From a virus, in UHGV virus genome UHGV-0211321: a stretch of DNA of 34,484 nucleotides. One strand, 5' to 3'. Below, in pieces: positions 1-6,793 of the stretch. The position numbers and the translations under genes were made by a program. The notes beneath the pieces were generated by a model. That model saw nothing but the letters and a program-made list of their open reading frames with translations. It did not search any database and was not told the origin of the DNA. Each line of letters starts with the position of its first letter. Positions within the stretch are counted from its first letter, which is position 1.

Positions 1-30
1 ATTATTAATAAAAAAGGAGGAGAAAATAAC

Positions 31-870
31 ATGCCAAGAAAACCATTATCAGAAGAAGATAAAAAAGCTCGCTCCATTATCGCTAACAATTTAAAAAAAA
101 TTACGCATGGCTACACAAGAGCACAATTGTCAGATATGACAGGTATTCCTGTTACGACGCTATCGGGATATTTTACTGAAAAATCAACTATCAGTATGGA
201 AAACGCTGAATTAATAGCTAAAGCTTTTAATGTTGATAAATCTGATATAGATCCAAGATATTCCAGAGAATACAATTATTATGATTTAAAGAAAGAAGTT
301 TTAGATGAATTACAGGAAAACAATAAAAGTTTCGTTGCTGATAAATTTGTAGAGTTAGCAGAAAAAGCAAATGCAGCAGGGATGACTTTGAACAGAACTA
401 AAACTGATAGAGGAAACATTATGACAGTTCTATCAAGTGATATTCAAGAATATAACTTTTTTGACACTTCTGTTGCTGCCGGCATACCTTCTTCAGTCGA
501 AGCTTTTGATCAAGACCATATTGAGCAAATTGCTATTCCTGATTATGCCATGGGAAAATATGCAGGATATCAAGATGTATTTTTTACTAAAATAAATGGA
601 GATTCCATGAATAACGTTATTCCTGATGGATCATTAATTGCTGTAAAGAAAATAGAGAGCTGTGATGAGTTAAAAGATGGAGATATAGTAGTCTTTAGCA
701 ACGATAACGAATTTTCTGTAAAAAGATATATAAATGATCAACAAAATAATCGCATCATTTTTAGACCTGATTCTTCTAACATTTCTTTCACTGATATTGT
801 GGTTAATTATGATGATACTAAATACGTTCAAATTTATGGGAAAGTCGTTGTATATATTGTCCAACTATAA
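31..870 (+). CDS. CI/LexA-like phage repressor (N-terminal XRE-family HTH, C-terminal S24 autopeptidase)
   Basis: 279-aa ORF with strong SD (aaaaaggagg 8 nt upstream of ATG). N-terminal HTH segment 'YTRAQLSDMTGIPVTTLSGYF', C-terminal S24 motifs 'GDSMNNVIPDGSLIAVKK...DGDIVVF'. Divergent from the cro-like gene at the other window end. Confidence 0.85.
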   Translation: MPRKPLSEEDKKARSIIANNLKKITHGYTRAQLSDMTGIPVTTLSGYFTEKSTISMENAELIAKAFNVDKSDIDPRYSREYNYYDLKKEVLDELQENNKSFVADKFVELAEKANAAGMTLNRTKTDRGNIMTVLSSDIQEYNFFDTSVAAGIPSSVEAFDQDHIEQIAIPDYAMGKYAGYQDVFFTKINGDSMNNVIPDGSLIAVKKIESCDELKDGDIVVFSNDNEFSVKRYINDQQNNRIIFRPDSSNISFTDIVVNYDDTKYVQIYGKVVVYIVQL

Positions 871-890
871 TTAATTTGAGAGGGTATAAA

Positions 891-1091
891 ATGAAAATTG
901 GAATGAGAAAACCGAGCATAAAGAAATCTATCAGCGCTAGAACTACTGGAAAGGCAAAAAGAGCTGTGAAAAAAGCTGTGATTCCTGGTTATGGAAAGAA
1001 AGGCTCTGGATGGATTAAAGACCCAAAAAAGGCTGCGTACAATAAAGTATACAAGAAAACTACATTCAGTTTTTGGGATTTATTTAAATAA
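891..1091 (+). CDS. small lysine-rich basic protein (about 66 aa), unknown function; cargo gene between cI and int
   Basis: ORF in track as 876-1091. Internal ATG at 891 is preceded by gagaggg, so 891 is the more likely start. Very high Lys/Arg content, no recognisable domain. Short hairpin ccgtg-cagcaa-cacgg follows the stop. Confidence 0.4.
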   Translation: MKIGMRKPSIKKSISARTTGKAKRAVKKAVIPGYGKKGSGWIKDPKKAAYNKVYKKTTFSFWDLFK

Positions 1092-1177
1092 AAAAAGCCC
1101 GTGCAGCAACACGGACTCGAAACCTTATTTCTAAGATTCCCCAATAAAAATCATATCACAGAAGTGAGGAATTAAAA

Positions 1178-1483
1178 ATGAAAAATAATGTAGGGCAAAA
1201 TATTGTTATATGTAAAAATTGTGGCAGCAATAAAGTGAATGTCACAACTCCAGGAGCAAATGGTTGTGCGGCCTTTGGCGTAGGGTTTTTACTTATTTGT
1301 ATTGGTGTTTGGATTCCAGTAATTGGTTGGTTTGTCATTGTTCCAATAGGGGCTTTGATAGCACTTAGTTCTTTCATATTTCCACTCTTCCAAAAAAAAT
1401 ACGGGGTAACATGTAAGGACTGTGAACATAAATTTTATATTTCAAAAGAACAATATAAGCAGTACATCAAAGCTGTAAAATAA
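1178..1483 (+). CDS. Zn-ribbon membrane protein (CxxC...two TM helices...CxxC...H); candidate superinfection-exclusion or lysogenic-conversion protein
   Basis: 101 aa with SD agtgagga. CKNCGS at the N-terminus and CKDCEH at the C-terminus flank a hydrophobic hairpin 'FGVGFLLICIGVWIPVIGWFVIVPIGALIALSSFIFPLF'. It sits between repressor and integrase, the usual place for sie/moron genes in Gram-positive temperate phages. Confidence 0.5.
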   Translation: MKNNVGQNIVICKNCGSNKVNVTTPGANGCAAFGVGFLLICIGVWIPVIGWFVIVPIGALIALSSFIFPLFQKKYGVTCKDCEHKFYISKEQYKQYIKAVK

Positions 1484-1618
1484 AAACACGCCCCACCGAC
1501 CAAAGCGAGCGTGTTTAAGTCCAAGAGCTACGGTAAAGTAGGTCTATTTGTTGTACCCTATTTTACCATCTCGAAATCCGCTGTACAACCGAACAAACGT
1601 ACGAAAGGAAAGATAAAG

Positions 1619-2824
1619 ATGGCAAAAAAAGAAATTGATAAACGAATTAAAAAGCACTTAACAAAAAAAGGCGAAGAAAAATATCAGTTTAGTCTGTACT
1701 TAGGAGTTGATCCTCTAACAGGAAAAAAAAGAAAAACAACGAGACGAGGTTTTAGTACGCCATTAGCCGCTGAGAGAGCTTTAAAAAGATTGGAGGCAGA
1801 TATACAGGAAAAAGGACTGCAAGCTTCTACAGCTCAAAAGAGCAAGAAATTCGAATATGTTTACGGCTTATGGTTTGAAAATTATAAAAAGACAGTTAAA
1901 GAAAGCACTTGGTCCTCCACCAAACAAATTTTTGACACACACATCTTAAAAGTGTTTGGAGATAAGTTCATTGACAAAATAGACGTTTTTTTCTGTCAAG
2001 AAGCAGTAAACACTTGGTCCGATAGCCATCCTAAAATTTTTAAGAAAATAAAAAATTACACATCTAATGTTTTTGATTACGCTGCTTCTTTACAAATTAT
2101 AACTAGCAATCCTATGAAATTAGTTTCTATTCCACGTGGAGAAGCTCTAGACATCGAAGATAAAAATATCGAATTTTATACTAAAGAAGAATTAATCGAA
2201 TTTCTAGAAGCAATAAGAAACGATGATGATGAAAGATATTTATTCTTTTCCCTATTGGCTTTTACAGGTATAAGAAAAGGAGAAGCTTTTGCACTGACCT
2301 GGTCGGATATTGATTTTAAGAGCAAAACACTCAATATTAATAAAACTGTAACAAGAGGTTATCAAGGGAGATTGATCGTAAATACTCCTAAATCAAAATC
2401 TGGAAAAAGAAAAATTTATCTGGACAATGATTTGATCAGTTTATTGAGAAAGTATTATACAAAAAACAAAACGATCGTTACAATCCAAAGCGAAAACTTA
2501 ATTTTTCACCATGATGGTCTTCTCTATAACCCTACAGTTTCACGTTCGTGGCTTAATGTCATATATAAGCATCATCCAGAATTGACTAAAAGAATCACTA
2601 CTCATGGTTTTCGACATACTCATGCCTCTCTCCTTTTTGAATCAGGAGCTTCTTTAAAAGATGTTCAGGAACGTTTAGGGCATGCAGACATTCAAACTAC
2701 TTCAAATATTTACACTCATGTAACTGAAACTCAAAACAAAAAAGTCATCAATAATTTTGTAGCATTTATGAAGAATAGTACTCAGGGGGAGTCAAAAGGG
2801 GAGTCAAAAAACATTTTAGGCTAA
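1619..2824 (+). CDS. int: tyrosine site-specific integrase (phage integrase family)
   Basis: Track ORF 1511-2824 begins with GTG. The ATG at 1619 (MAKKEIDKR...) has an SD (aaaggaaag). C-terminal catalytic region 'HGFRHTHASLLFESGASLKDVQERLGHADIQTTSNIYTHV' (H-x-x-R ... Y). Its 3' end overlaps the first 22-bp att repeat. Confidence 0.9.
   Translation: MAKKEIDKRIKKHLTKKGEEKYQFSLYLGVDPLTGKKRKTTRRGFSTPLAAERALKRLEADIQEKGLQASTAQKSKKFEYVYGLWFENYKKTVKESTWSSTKQIFDTHILKVFGDKFIDKIDVFFCQEAVNTWSDSHPKIFKKIKNYTSNVFDYAASLQIITSNPMKLVSIPRGEALDIEDKNIEFYTKEELIEFLEAIRNDDDERYLFFSLLAFTGIRKGEAFALTWSDIDFKSKTLNINKTVTRGYQGRLIVNTPKSKSGKRKIYLDNDLISLLRKYYTKNKTIVTIQSENLIFHHDGLLYNPTVSRSWLNVIYKHHPELTKRITTHGFRHTHASLLFESGASLKDVQERLGHADIQTTSNIYTHVTETQNKKVINNFVAFMKNSTQGESKGESKNILG
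2785..2806. repeat. 22-bp direct repeat copy 1 (GGGGGAGTCAAAAGGGGAGTCA), itself a tandem of the 12-mer GGGGAGTCAAAA; candidate Int arm-type site or att core
   Basis: Identical 22-mer recurs at 3028-3049. Copy 1 lies in the last codons of int and encodes ...GESKGESK.... Confidence 0.7.
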
Positions 2825-2831
2825 ATTACAA

Positions 2832-2860
2832 CAAAAAAAGACACGATCGAAATCGCGTCT
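2832..2860 (-). terminator. rho-independent terminator for leftward (late/lysis operon) transcription
   Basis: Hairpin agacacgat-cgaa-atcgcgtct (2839-2860) with the A-run 2833-2839 on + reading as a U-tract on the minus-strand RNA. There is no T-tract after it on +, so it is oriented for minus-strand transcripts arriving from the lysin/att side. Confidence 0.6.
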
Positions 2861-2879
2861 AATCGTTGATATATAAGGA

Positions 2880-2938
2880 AGGTACAGGATTTGAACCTGC
2901 GCGCCGGTATTAGCCGGTTCGCCGGATTTCGAGAATAG
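2880..2938 (-). other. GC-rich tRNA-like 3' fragment (T-arm GCAGG-TTCAAAT-CCTGT plus 3' acceptor strand) on the minus strand; candidate attP core homologous to the 3' end of a host tRNA gene
   Basis: Minus-strand read ...ccggcgcgcaggTTCAAATcctgtaccttcc: canonical T-loop TTCAAAT (T-Psi-C-R-A-N-Y) with a 5-bp stem and G53/C61, followed by 7 nt of acceptor. No complementary 5' acceptor strand (GGAAGGT) exists nearby, so this is not a complete tRNA gene. It is a GC-rich island in AT-rich DNA, lying between convergent int and lysin. Confidence 0.45.
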
Positions 2939-3027
2939 GGTTTAAGGCTGATTTTAAGTGTTTTTCGCTTATTATCAGCTTTTTATAATCTAAAAAAACA
3001 ACTTTTAGAGACATCCATATACTGCTT

Positions 3028-3049
3028 GGGGGAGTCAAAAGGGGAGTCA
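3028..3049. repeat. 22-bp direct repeat copy 2 (GGGGGAGTCAAAAGGGGAGTCA)
   Basis: Perfect identity to 2785-2806, 243 bp away, immediately 3' of the lysin stop. Confidence 0.7.
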
Positions 3050-3052
3050 TTT

Positions 3053-3829
3053 TTATAGCTTATTCGTATTTAATCGACGCTGTAATTCTTTCACTGCATT
3101 AGATACAGGACTAATCACACCGTCTTGTGTTGTGCCTAAATATCTTTGTAATGCTTTTATTGTATTTTGGCCACACAATCCGTCTTGAGCAATGCCTAAG
3201 AAACCTTGTAAAGCTCTAATGACATTCGACCCAGTTAATGTATTGTCAAATTGAGCAGCGTAAATATTTTGATTAAATGTTTGTTTGAACTGATGACTGA
3301 TCACACCATCTTTGCCAGCTGTGTCAAAGTATTCTTGTAAACGTCTAGCTGTTGCATTGCCAAACTGACCATCAAGAGCTAATTGGATCATCTGTGGTTT
3401 ATTGTCTGTATTAGCAGTTCCTCCATCGAGAATACGGTAGAAATTATGTTGCAGTTTTGTACTCATGTATGCATCATTAGTATCTACTGCGATCCCGTTA
3501 TGCGTATAAGAGCAATGGATAAATGAGCTGTTACTTAGAAAAATACCTGTATGCCCAGCTGATCCATTTGAACCACCAGGAGTACCTGAAATAAAGATAT
3601 CCCCTCTTTGTACTTCTGATCGACTAATCTTTTTCAGTTTCGTTCCAACCATACCGAACAACGTTTCAGTATTTCCCATTGATCCAGAAGGTAGAAAGCC
3701 TCCAGCAATCATTGAGAAGAAAACTGCAGAGCTGCAATCGTAAGAATTAGGTCCAAGCCGATGGGTCATTGAATACGTCACTTTACCTAGTCGATCCTGC
3801 ATCCATTTAATCATTGACTCTTTACTCAT
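3053..3829 (-). CDS. endolysin: N-terminal NlpC/P60-CHAP-type cysteine peptidase (Amidase_5-like) plus C-terminal PG_binding_1-like repeats
   Basis: 258 aa. Cys/His pair 'YDCSSAVFF ... GHTGIFL'. C-terminal repeats 'DGQFGNATARRLQEYF', 'IRALQGFLGIAQDGLCGQNTIKALQRYLG...DGVISPVSNAVKELQRRL' fit the peptidoglycan-binding LxxLGxxxDGxxGxxT...L pattern. Last gene before attP, after the holin. Confidence 0.85.
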   Translation of the reverse strand: MSKESMIKWMQDRLGKVTYSMTHRLGPNSYDCSSAVFFSMIAGGFLPSGSMGNTETLFGMVGTKLKKISRSEVQRGDIFISGTPGGSNGSAGHTGIFLSNSSFIHCSYTHNGIAVDTNDAYMSTKLQHNFYRILDGGTANTDNKPQMIQLALDGQFGNATARRLQEYFDTAGKDGVISHQFKQTFNQNIYAAQFDNTLTGSNVIRALQGFLGIAQDGLCGQNTIKALQRYLGTTQDGVISPVSNAVKELQRRLNTNKL

Positions 3830-3831
3830 TT

Positions 3832-4236
3832 TTATTGTCCTCCTTCTTTTTTGTTTTTCCCTTGTTTTTCAGTTGAATCTTTTAGCTTGCTGAATCGATC
3901 TTTCACAAAATCTGGAATCGGGATCCCTAGCTGACCTAAATTCTCAATCACCGAGATTCCATAAACAGCAATGTACGAAAGCACAAAAGCTGTTGCGACT
4001 CCTTCAAAGTTCATGATTTTAAGATAGGGGTAAGCAATCAGTACAAGCGCCACGACCAGCAAATGTTTTACTACCCCCATTAGTCCTTTAGTACTATTTG
4101 TTTCTTTTCCAGCAAGTCCCTTACAAACTCCTGTAATGATATCCGCAATGACAATCCAAACAAAAATTTGAATATAAACGTTGCTTACTAGATTTTTAAA
4201 CTCTGATAACAAAACTAAATTATCAATGATCACCAT
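3832..4236 (-). CDS. holin (phage_holin_4/TcdE-like 'toxin secretion/phage lysis' holin family)
   Basis: Three hydrophobic segments (IFVWIVIADIITGV, LLVVALVLIAYPYL, VATAFVLSYIAVYGI) and a charged C-terminal tail. The ATG at 4236 (MVIIDNL) has SD gaagggtgg. Track start 4251 is a GTG lying within that SD. Confidence 0.8.
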   Translation of the reverse strand: MVIIDNLVLLSEFKNLVSNVYIQIFVWIVIADIITGVCKGLAGKETNSTKGLMGVVKHLLVVALVLIAYPYLKIMNFEGVATAFVLSYIAVYGISVIENLGQLGIPIPDFVKDRFSKLKDSTEKQGKNKKEGGQ

Positions 4237-4265
4237 GTTTCCACCCTTCACTTTCTATTTTTGGC

Positions 4266-4295
4266 CATACAAAAAGCGCACTCGTTCGAGTACGC
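4266..4295 (-). terminator. rho-independent terminator (minus strand) upstream of the holin-lysin cassette
   Basis: Stem gcgcactc/gagtacgc (with one G.U pair on the RNA) plus T-run on the minus strand (aaaaa 4271-4275 on +). Confidence 0.5.
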
Positions 4296-4308
4296 TATAG
4301 TGACTAAC

Positions 4309-4437
4309 TCACTTGTGGATGTTTACAATTGCTCGTTTTGAAACCTTATTACCATTAAATTTTGTTACAAGATAAATTCTTGTAATTTTTGAATTTTCTT
4401 CTGTTTCTAATAACCAACTTGGTTTGAATGCTAACAC
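4309..4437 (-). CDS. small ORF (42 aa) with GTG start and strong SD; not in the supplied ORF track
   Basis: Minus-strand aaggagggg-ataaaa-GTG. Hand translation gives MLAFKPSWLLETEENSKITRIYLVTKFNGNKVSKRAIVNIHK, then stop, followed by the 4266-4295 terminator. Confidence 0.3.
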   Translation of the reverse strand: MLAFKPSWLLETEENSKITRIYLVTKFNGNKVSKRAIVNIHK

Positions 4438-4536
4438 TTTTATCCCCTCCTTTCTTCTTCGATAGTAATATAGCACAACACGTCTAAAATACGATGCGTA
4501 TAAAGAAAAAGTTTATTTATATTAACTATGTTGTTA

Positions 4537-4671
4537 TCACAACACTTTAGTTTTATTAATAATTTTTTGTGCTTCTTCGTCCGTAATACATAATGGAACG
4601 AATTGTCGAACTTGGTCAGCAGTAAAACAATTCCAGTCATACATCATCTTGATATCATCATAAGAATACAT
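4537..4671 (-). CDS. xkdX: XkdX-family small phage protein (44 aa); not in the supplied ORF track
   Basis: Minus-strand GGAGG-8nt-ATG at 4671. Translation MYSYDDIKMMYDWNCFTADQVRQFVPLCITDEEAQKIINKTKVL matches the XkdX pattern (Y.W..FT..QV..FV...IT.EE...I). Canonical position between tail fibres and holin. The track's 4440-4640 ORF is a low-complexity overlap in another frame. Confidence 0.6.
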   Translation of the reverse strand: MYSYDDIKMMYDWNCFTADQVRQFVPLCITDEEAQKIINKTKVL

Positions 4672-4672
4672 A

Positions 4673-5080
4673 TTATTTTCCTCCGTCAAGTTGTTCTTTG
4701 ATAGTAGCAATGTCTTTTGTGTTTTGAAGGGATGTCAGCATGGTTTTCGAATTAATTTGTGCTAGTGATTCTGCTTTTGTAGTAAGCTCTTCATTTGCTT
4801 TTTTCAATGCAGCATTATCTACCTGTAAACCTATAGATAAATTTTCTAGTAGTTCTAATTTTTTAGAATAATCTTGTGTAACTGCTTCTTCCCACTTATT
4901 TTCAGTGAAGTTAAAAAATTGCGACTGTTGTCTTCTTCCGAAACCTTCATCCGTTTCATCTTCCTTCTTTTCAAACAAAATAGGTGGAACTTCGACAAAT
5001 GGTAAAGATGTTGGAAAGTTATCTTCTACTTGATGTTCTTCATATCCCATTGGATACAATACTTTATAAATTGTTTTCAT
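4673..5080 (-). CDS. phage protein preceding XkdX (possibly XkdW-like), coiled-coil C-terminus
   Basis: 135 aa, translationally coupled to xkdX (its stop TAA sits 2 nt before the xkdX ATG). Acidic N-terminus and helical C-terminus. The XkdW assignment rests on position only. Confidence 0.4.
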   Translation of the reverse strand: MKTIYKVLYPMGYEEHQVEDNFPTSLPFVEVPPILFEKKEDETDEGFGRRQQSQFFNFTENKWEEAVTQDYSKKLELLENLSIGLQVDNAALKKANEELTTKAESLAQINSKTMLTSLQNTKDIATIKEQLDGGK

Positions 5081-5107
5081 TTTACTCTTCCTCCAATTAG
5101 TAATCTG

Positions 5108-5632
5108 TTAAGCCGGCCAAGGATCTTGAGTGATCCACATACCTGAAATATATGAACTACCTGAACCTGATTTGGCTTGTATGATGCTACTTTGATCAAT
5201 GAATGCACGTGCATCCGCTGGCTGACTTGCATTTCTAACTAGTGAAAGCGCGGTTTGCGCTGGATAGCCTTGATCACGTTTGAAACCGTCCGGGATTTTT
5301 AAAATCCAACGAGTTTCTGATCCTTCGGGCCATGTGCCACATTTAAAATTAAAAGTAAGAAATACGATGTTTCCGATTCTGATTATTTTTCCATTCACAT
5401 CAGTTACGTTTGTTGTATCACTTCGATCAGCTAGTGTGATAGCTCGCTCGATCATACCTGCTTGCACAGGCAATCCATTGAATTGCAATCCGTCTTTAAA
5501 ATTTTTCGTTCCTAAGACCGTTTCATTACCTGTGGCTTTTACTAAAACACCCTCCACACCATCAATTCCTTTGGCATGAGTTTTCAAATACTTAGCAACT
5601 CCGTCTTCTTTTAATTGCACAATATCAGCCAT
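5108..5632 (-). CDS. tail fibre / receptor-binding module protein (paralogous N-terminus with 5632-6000)
   Basis: 174 aa. N-terminus MADIVQLKEDGVAKYLKTH parallels MTDIVKVKQNDVQVYPQTH of the upstream gene. Start overlaps the preceding stop (TAATG). Confidence 0.6.
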   Translation of the reverse strand: MADIVQLKEDGVAKYLKTHAKGIDGVEGVLVKATGNETVLGTKNFKDGLQFNGLPVQAGMIERAITLADRSDTTNVTDVNGKIIRIGNIVFLTFNFKCGTWPEGSETRWILKIPDGFKRDQGYPAQTALSLVRNASQPADARAFIDQSSIIQAKSGSGSSYISGMWITQDPWPA

Positions 5633-6000
5633 TAAACCGTCCCCACTTTCTCAAATGTAATATTGGCTAATCCATCGAGTTTCACTTTATCTTCTTTGGA
5701 CATCAAACCATTTGCTGTCGTCGTAGCCACAGCTGTCGTTGTTGCATTGGCTCCAGGATCGCCTTTGTCCCCTTTATCACCTTTTGGCAATACAAAATTA
5801 AACTTTGCTGCACTTGCAGTACCAGCATTTGTGACACTAGCTGTTGTACCACTCGTTACTGTCCCTACAGTAATTGTGGCAGCCTGTCCAGGGTCTCCTT
5901 TATCTCCCTTGATAGTTTCGGGTTTACCCTCAACAGCATCCCAATGGGTTTGAGGGTAAACCTGAACATCATTCTGTTTTACTTTTACAATATCTGTCAT
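5632..6000 (-). CDS. collagen-like tail fibre protein (GDKGDPG repeats)
   Basis: 122 aa with KGDKGDPGQAA and KGDKGDKGDPGA collagen-like triplets and Thr/Ala-rich linkers. Ends ...ITFEKVGTV. Confidence 0.65.
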   Translation of the reverse strand: MTDIVKVKQNDVQVYPQTHWDAVEGKPETIKGDKGDPGQAATITVGTVTSGTTASVTNAGTASAAKFNFVLPKGDKGDKGDPGANATTTAVATTTANGLMSKEDKVKLDGLANITFEKVGTV

Positions 6001-6004
6001 TTGT

Positions 6005-6793
6005 CTATACCTCCCCTACTTTTTCAAACGATACATTTGGTATTTTGGAATCTGTATAAGCTTGTGCATTTTGATAAGCTTCACTCATTTTTTGATCAAC
6101 ATATTCTTGAGAGACGCCGCCACCTTCTCCACCACCTGTTGCAGAGATTACTCCTGTGTTTGAAATACTGATATTAGCTCCGGCAGTATAGTTGAATTGC
6201 TTATCGGCCGATAAAACATCATCAGTCATCGTTAAACCTTCACCGACACGAATACCACCTTTTACAAATTCGGAGGCAGTGGGTAAAACGTAAAAACCAG
6301 TCACTTCTGCATTTATTTTTCCATCTTCATCAATAGTGATGTTTTCTCCAGCAGTATAATTTTTCAGTGAATCGAGTTTTTCTTTTAACTCCAGCGAAAA
6401 ATTGACATCAGATTGTCTGACTGCAGAGACTTTCCCTGTCTCATCAATCGTCAATAATTCACCAACTTTTATGCCACCCAAACGGTCGATAGTGGCAACT
6501 GGCAACACATAGTCACCTTCTCCACTGTTTAAAATTTTTTGATACATTTCTGCCGTGATAATGCCGTCATCTTCTTCACTTGCATAGGGTAATTCTGTGA
6601 GAACATTCTCTAATCCCAAATCTTCTTTAGTAATGACGACGGCTCCAACTTTTCCATTAACAGATAAAACTGTTGCTTCTCCTGCTATTATTTCTTCTAA
6701 CCCAAGAACTGCGGAAGCATGTGTGATTGGAAAGAATTGGCGTTGTACACCTGTTTTTTCATCCGTTTCCATCATTCGTTTAGTTTTAGCCAT
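6005..6793 (-). CDS. tail fibre / receptor-binding protein with internal repeats
   Basis: 262 aa. Internal duplicated segments (LPVATIDRLGGIKVGELLTIDETGKVSA / LPTASEFVKGGIRVGEGLTMTDDVLSA; YTAGENITIDEDGKINAE / YTAGANISISNTGVISA), a Gly-rich stretch, and C-terminal ...VSFEKVGEV. Confidence 0.6.
   Translation of the reverse strand: MAKTKRMMETDEKTGVQRQFFPITHASAVLGLEEIIAGEATVLSVNGKVGAVVITKEDLGLENVLTELPYASEEDDGIITAEMYQKILNSGEGDYVLPVATIDRLGGIKVGELLTIDETGKVSAVRQSDVNFSLELKEKLDSLKNYTAGENITIDEDGKINAEVTGFYVLPTASEFVKGGIRVGEGLTMTDDVLSADKQFNYTAGANISISNTGVISATGGGEGGGVSQEYVDQKMSEAYQNAQAYTDSKIPNVSFEKVGEV

Noticed and set aside
2870-2960. Complete tRNA gene on the minus strand
   Set aside because: Only a T-arm plus 3' acceptor strand can be folded. 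No complementary 5' acceptor strand (GGAAGGT) and no convincing D or anticodon arms are found, so it is a tRNA-derived fragment (att core) and not a gene.
2785-3049. Tandem integration of two different elements (a PICI or second prophage on the left, the main prophage on the right)
   Set aside because: A simpler explanation is a single phage in circular permutation. cI and int at the left are exactly the genes missing from the right-hand end of the minus-strand phage, and the switch operators at the right end are positioned to regulate the cI at the left end. Kept as an alternative in the att finding.
2785-3049. CRISPR array or other repeat-spacer structure built from the GGGGAGTCAAAA 12-mer
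   Set aside because: Only two 22-bp copies (four 12-mer units) 243 bp apart with a unique tRNA-like spacer. Far too few repeats and wrong spacing, and there are no cas genes.
4440-4640. 66-aa minus-strand ORF from the track
   Set aside because: Low-complexity translation with no SD. An overlapping frame encodes a well-supported XkdX-like ORF with SD.
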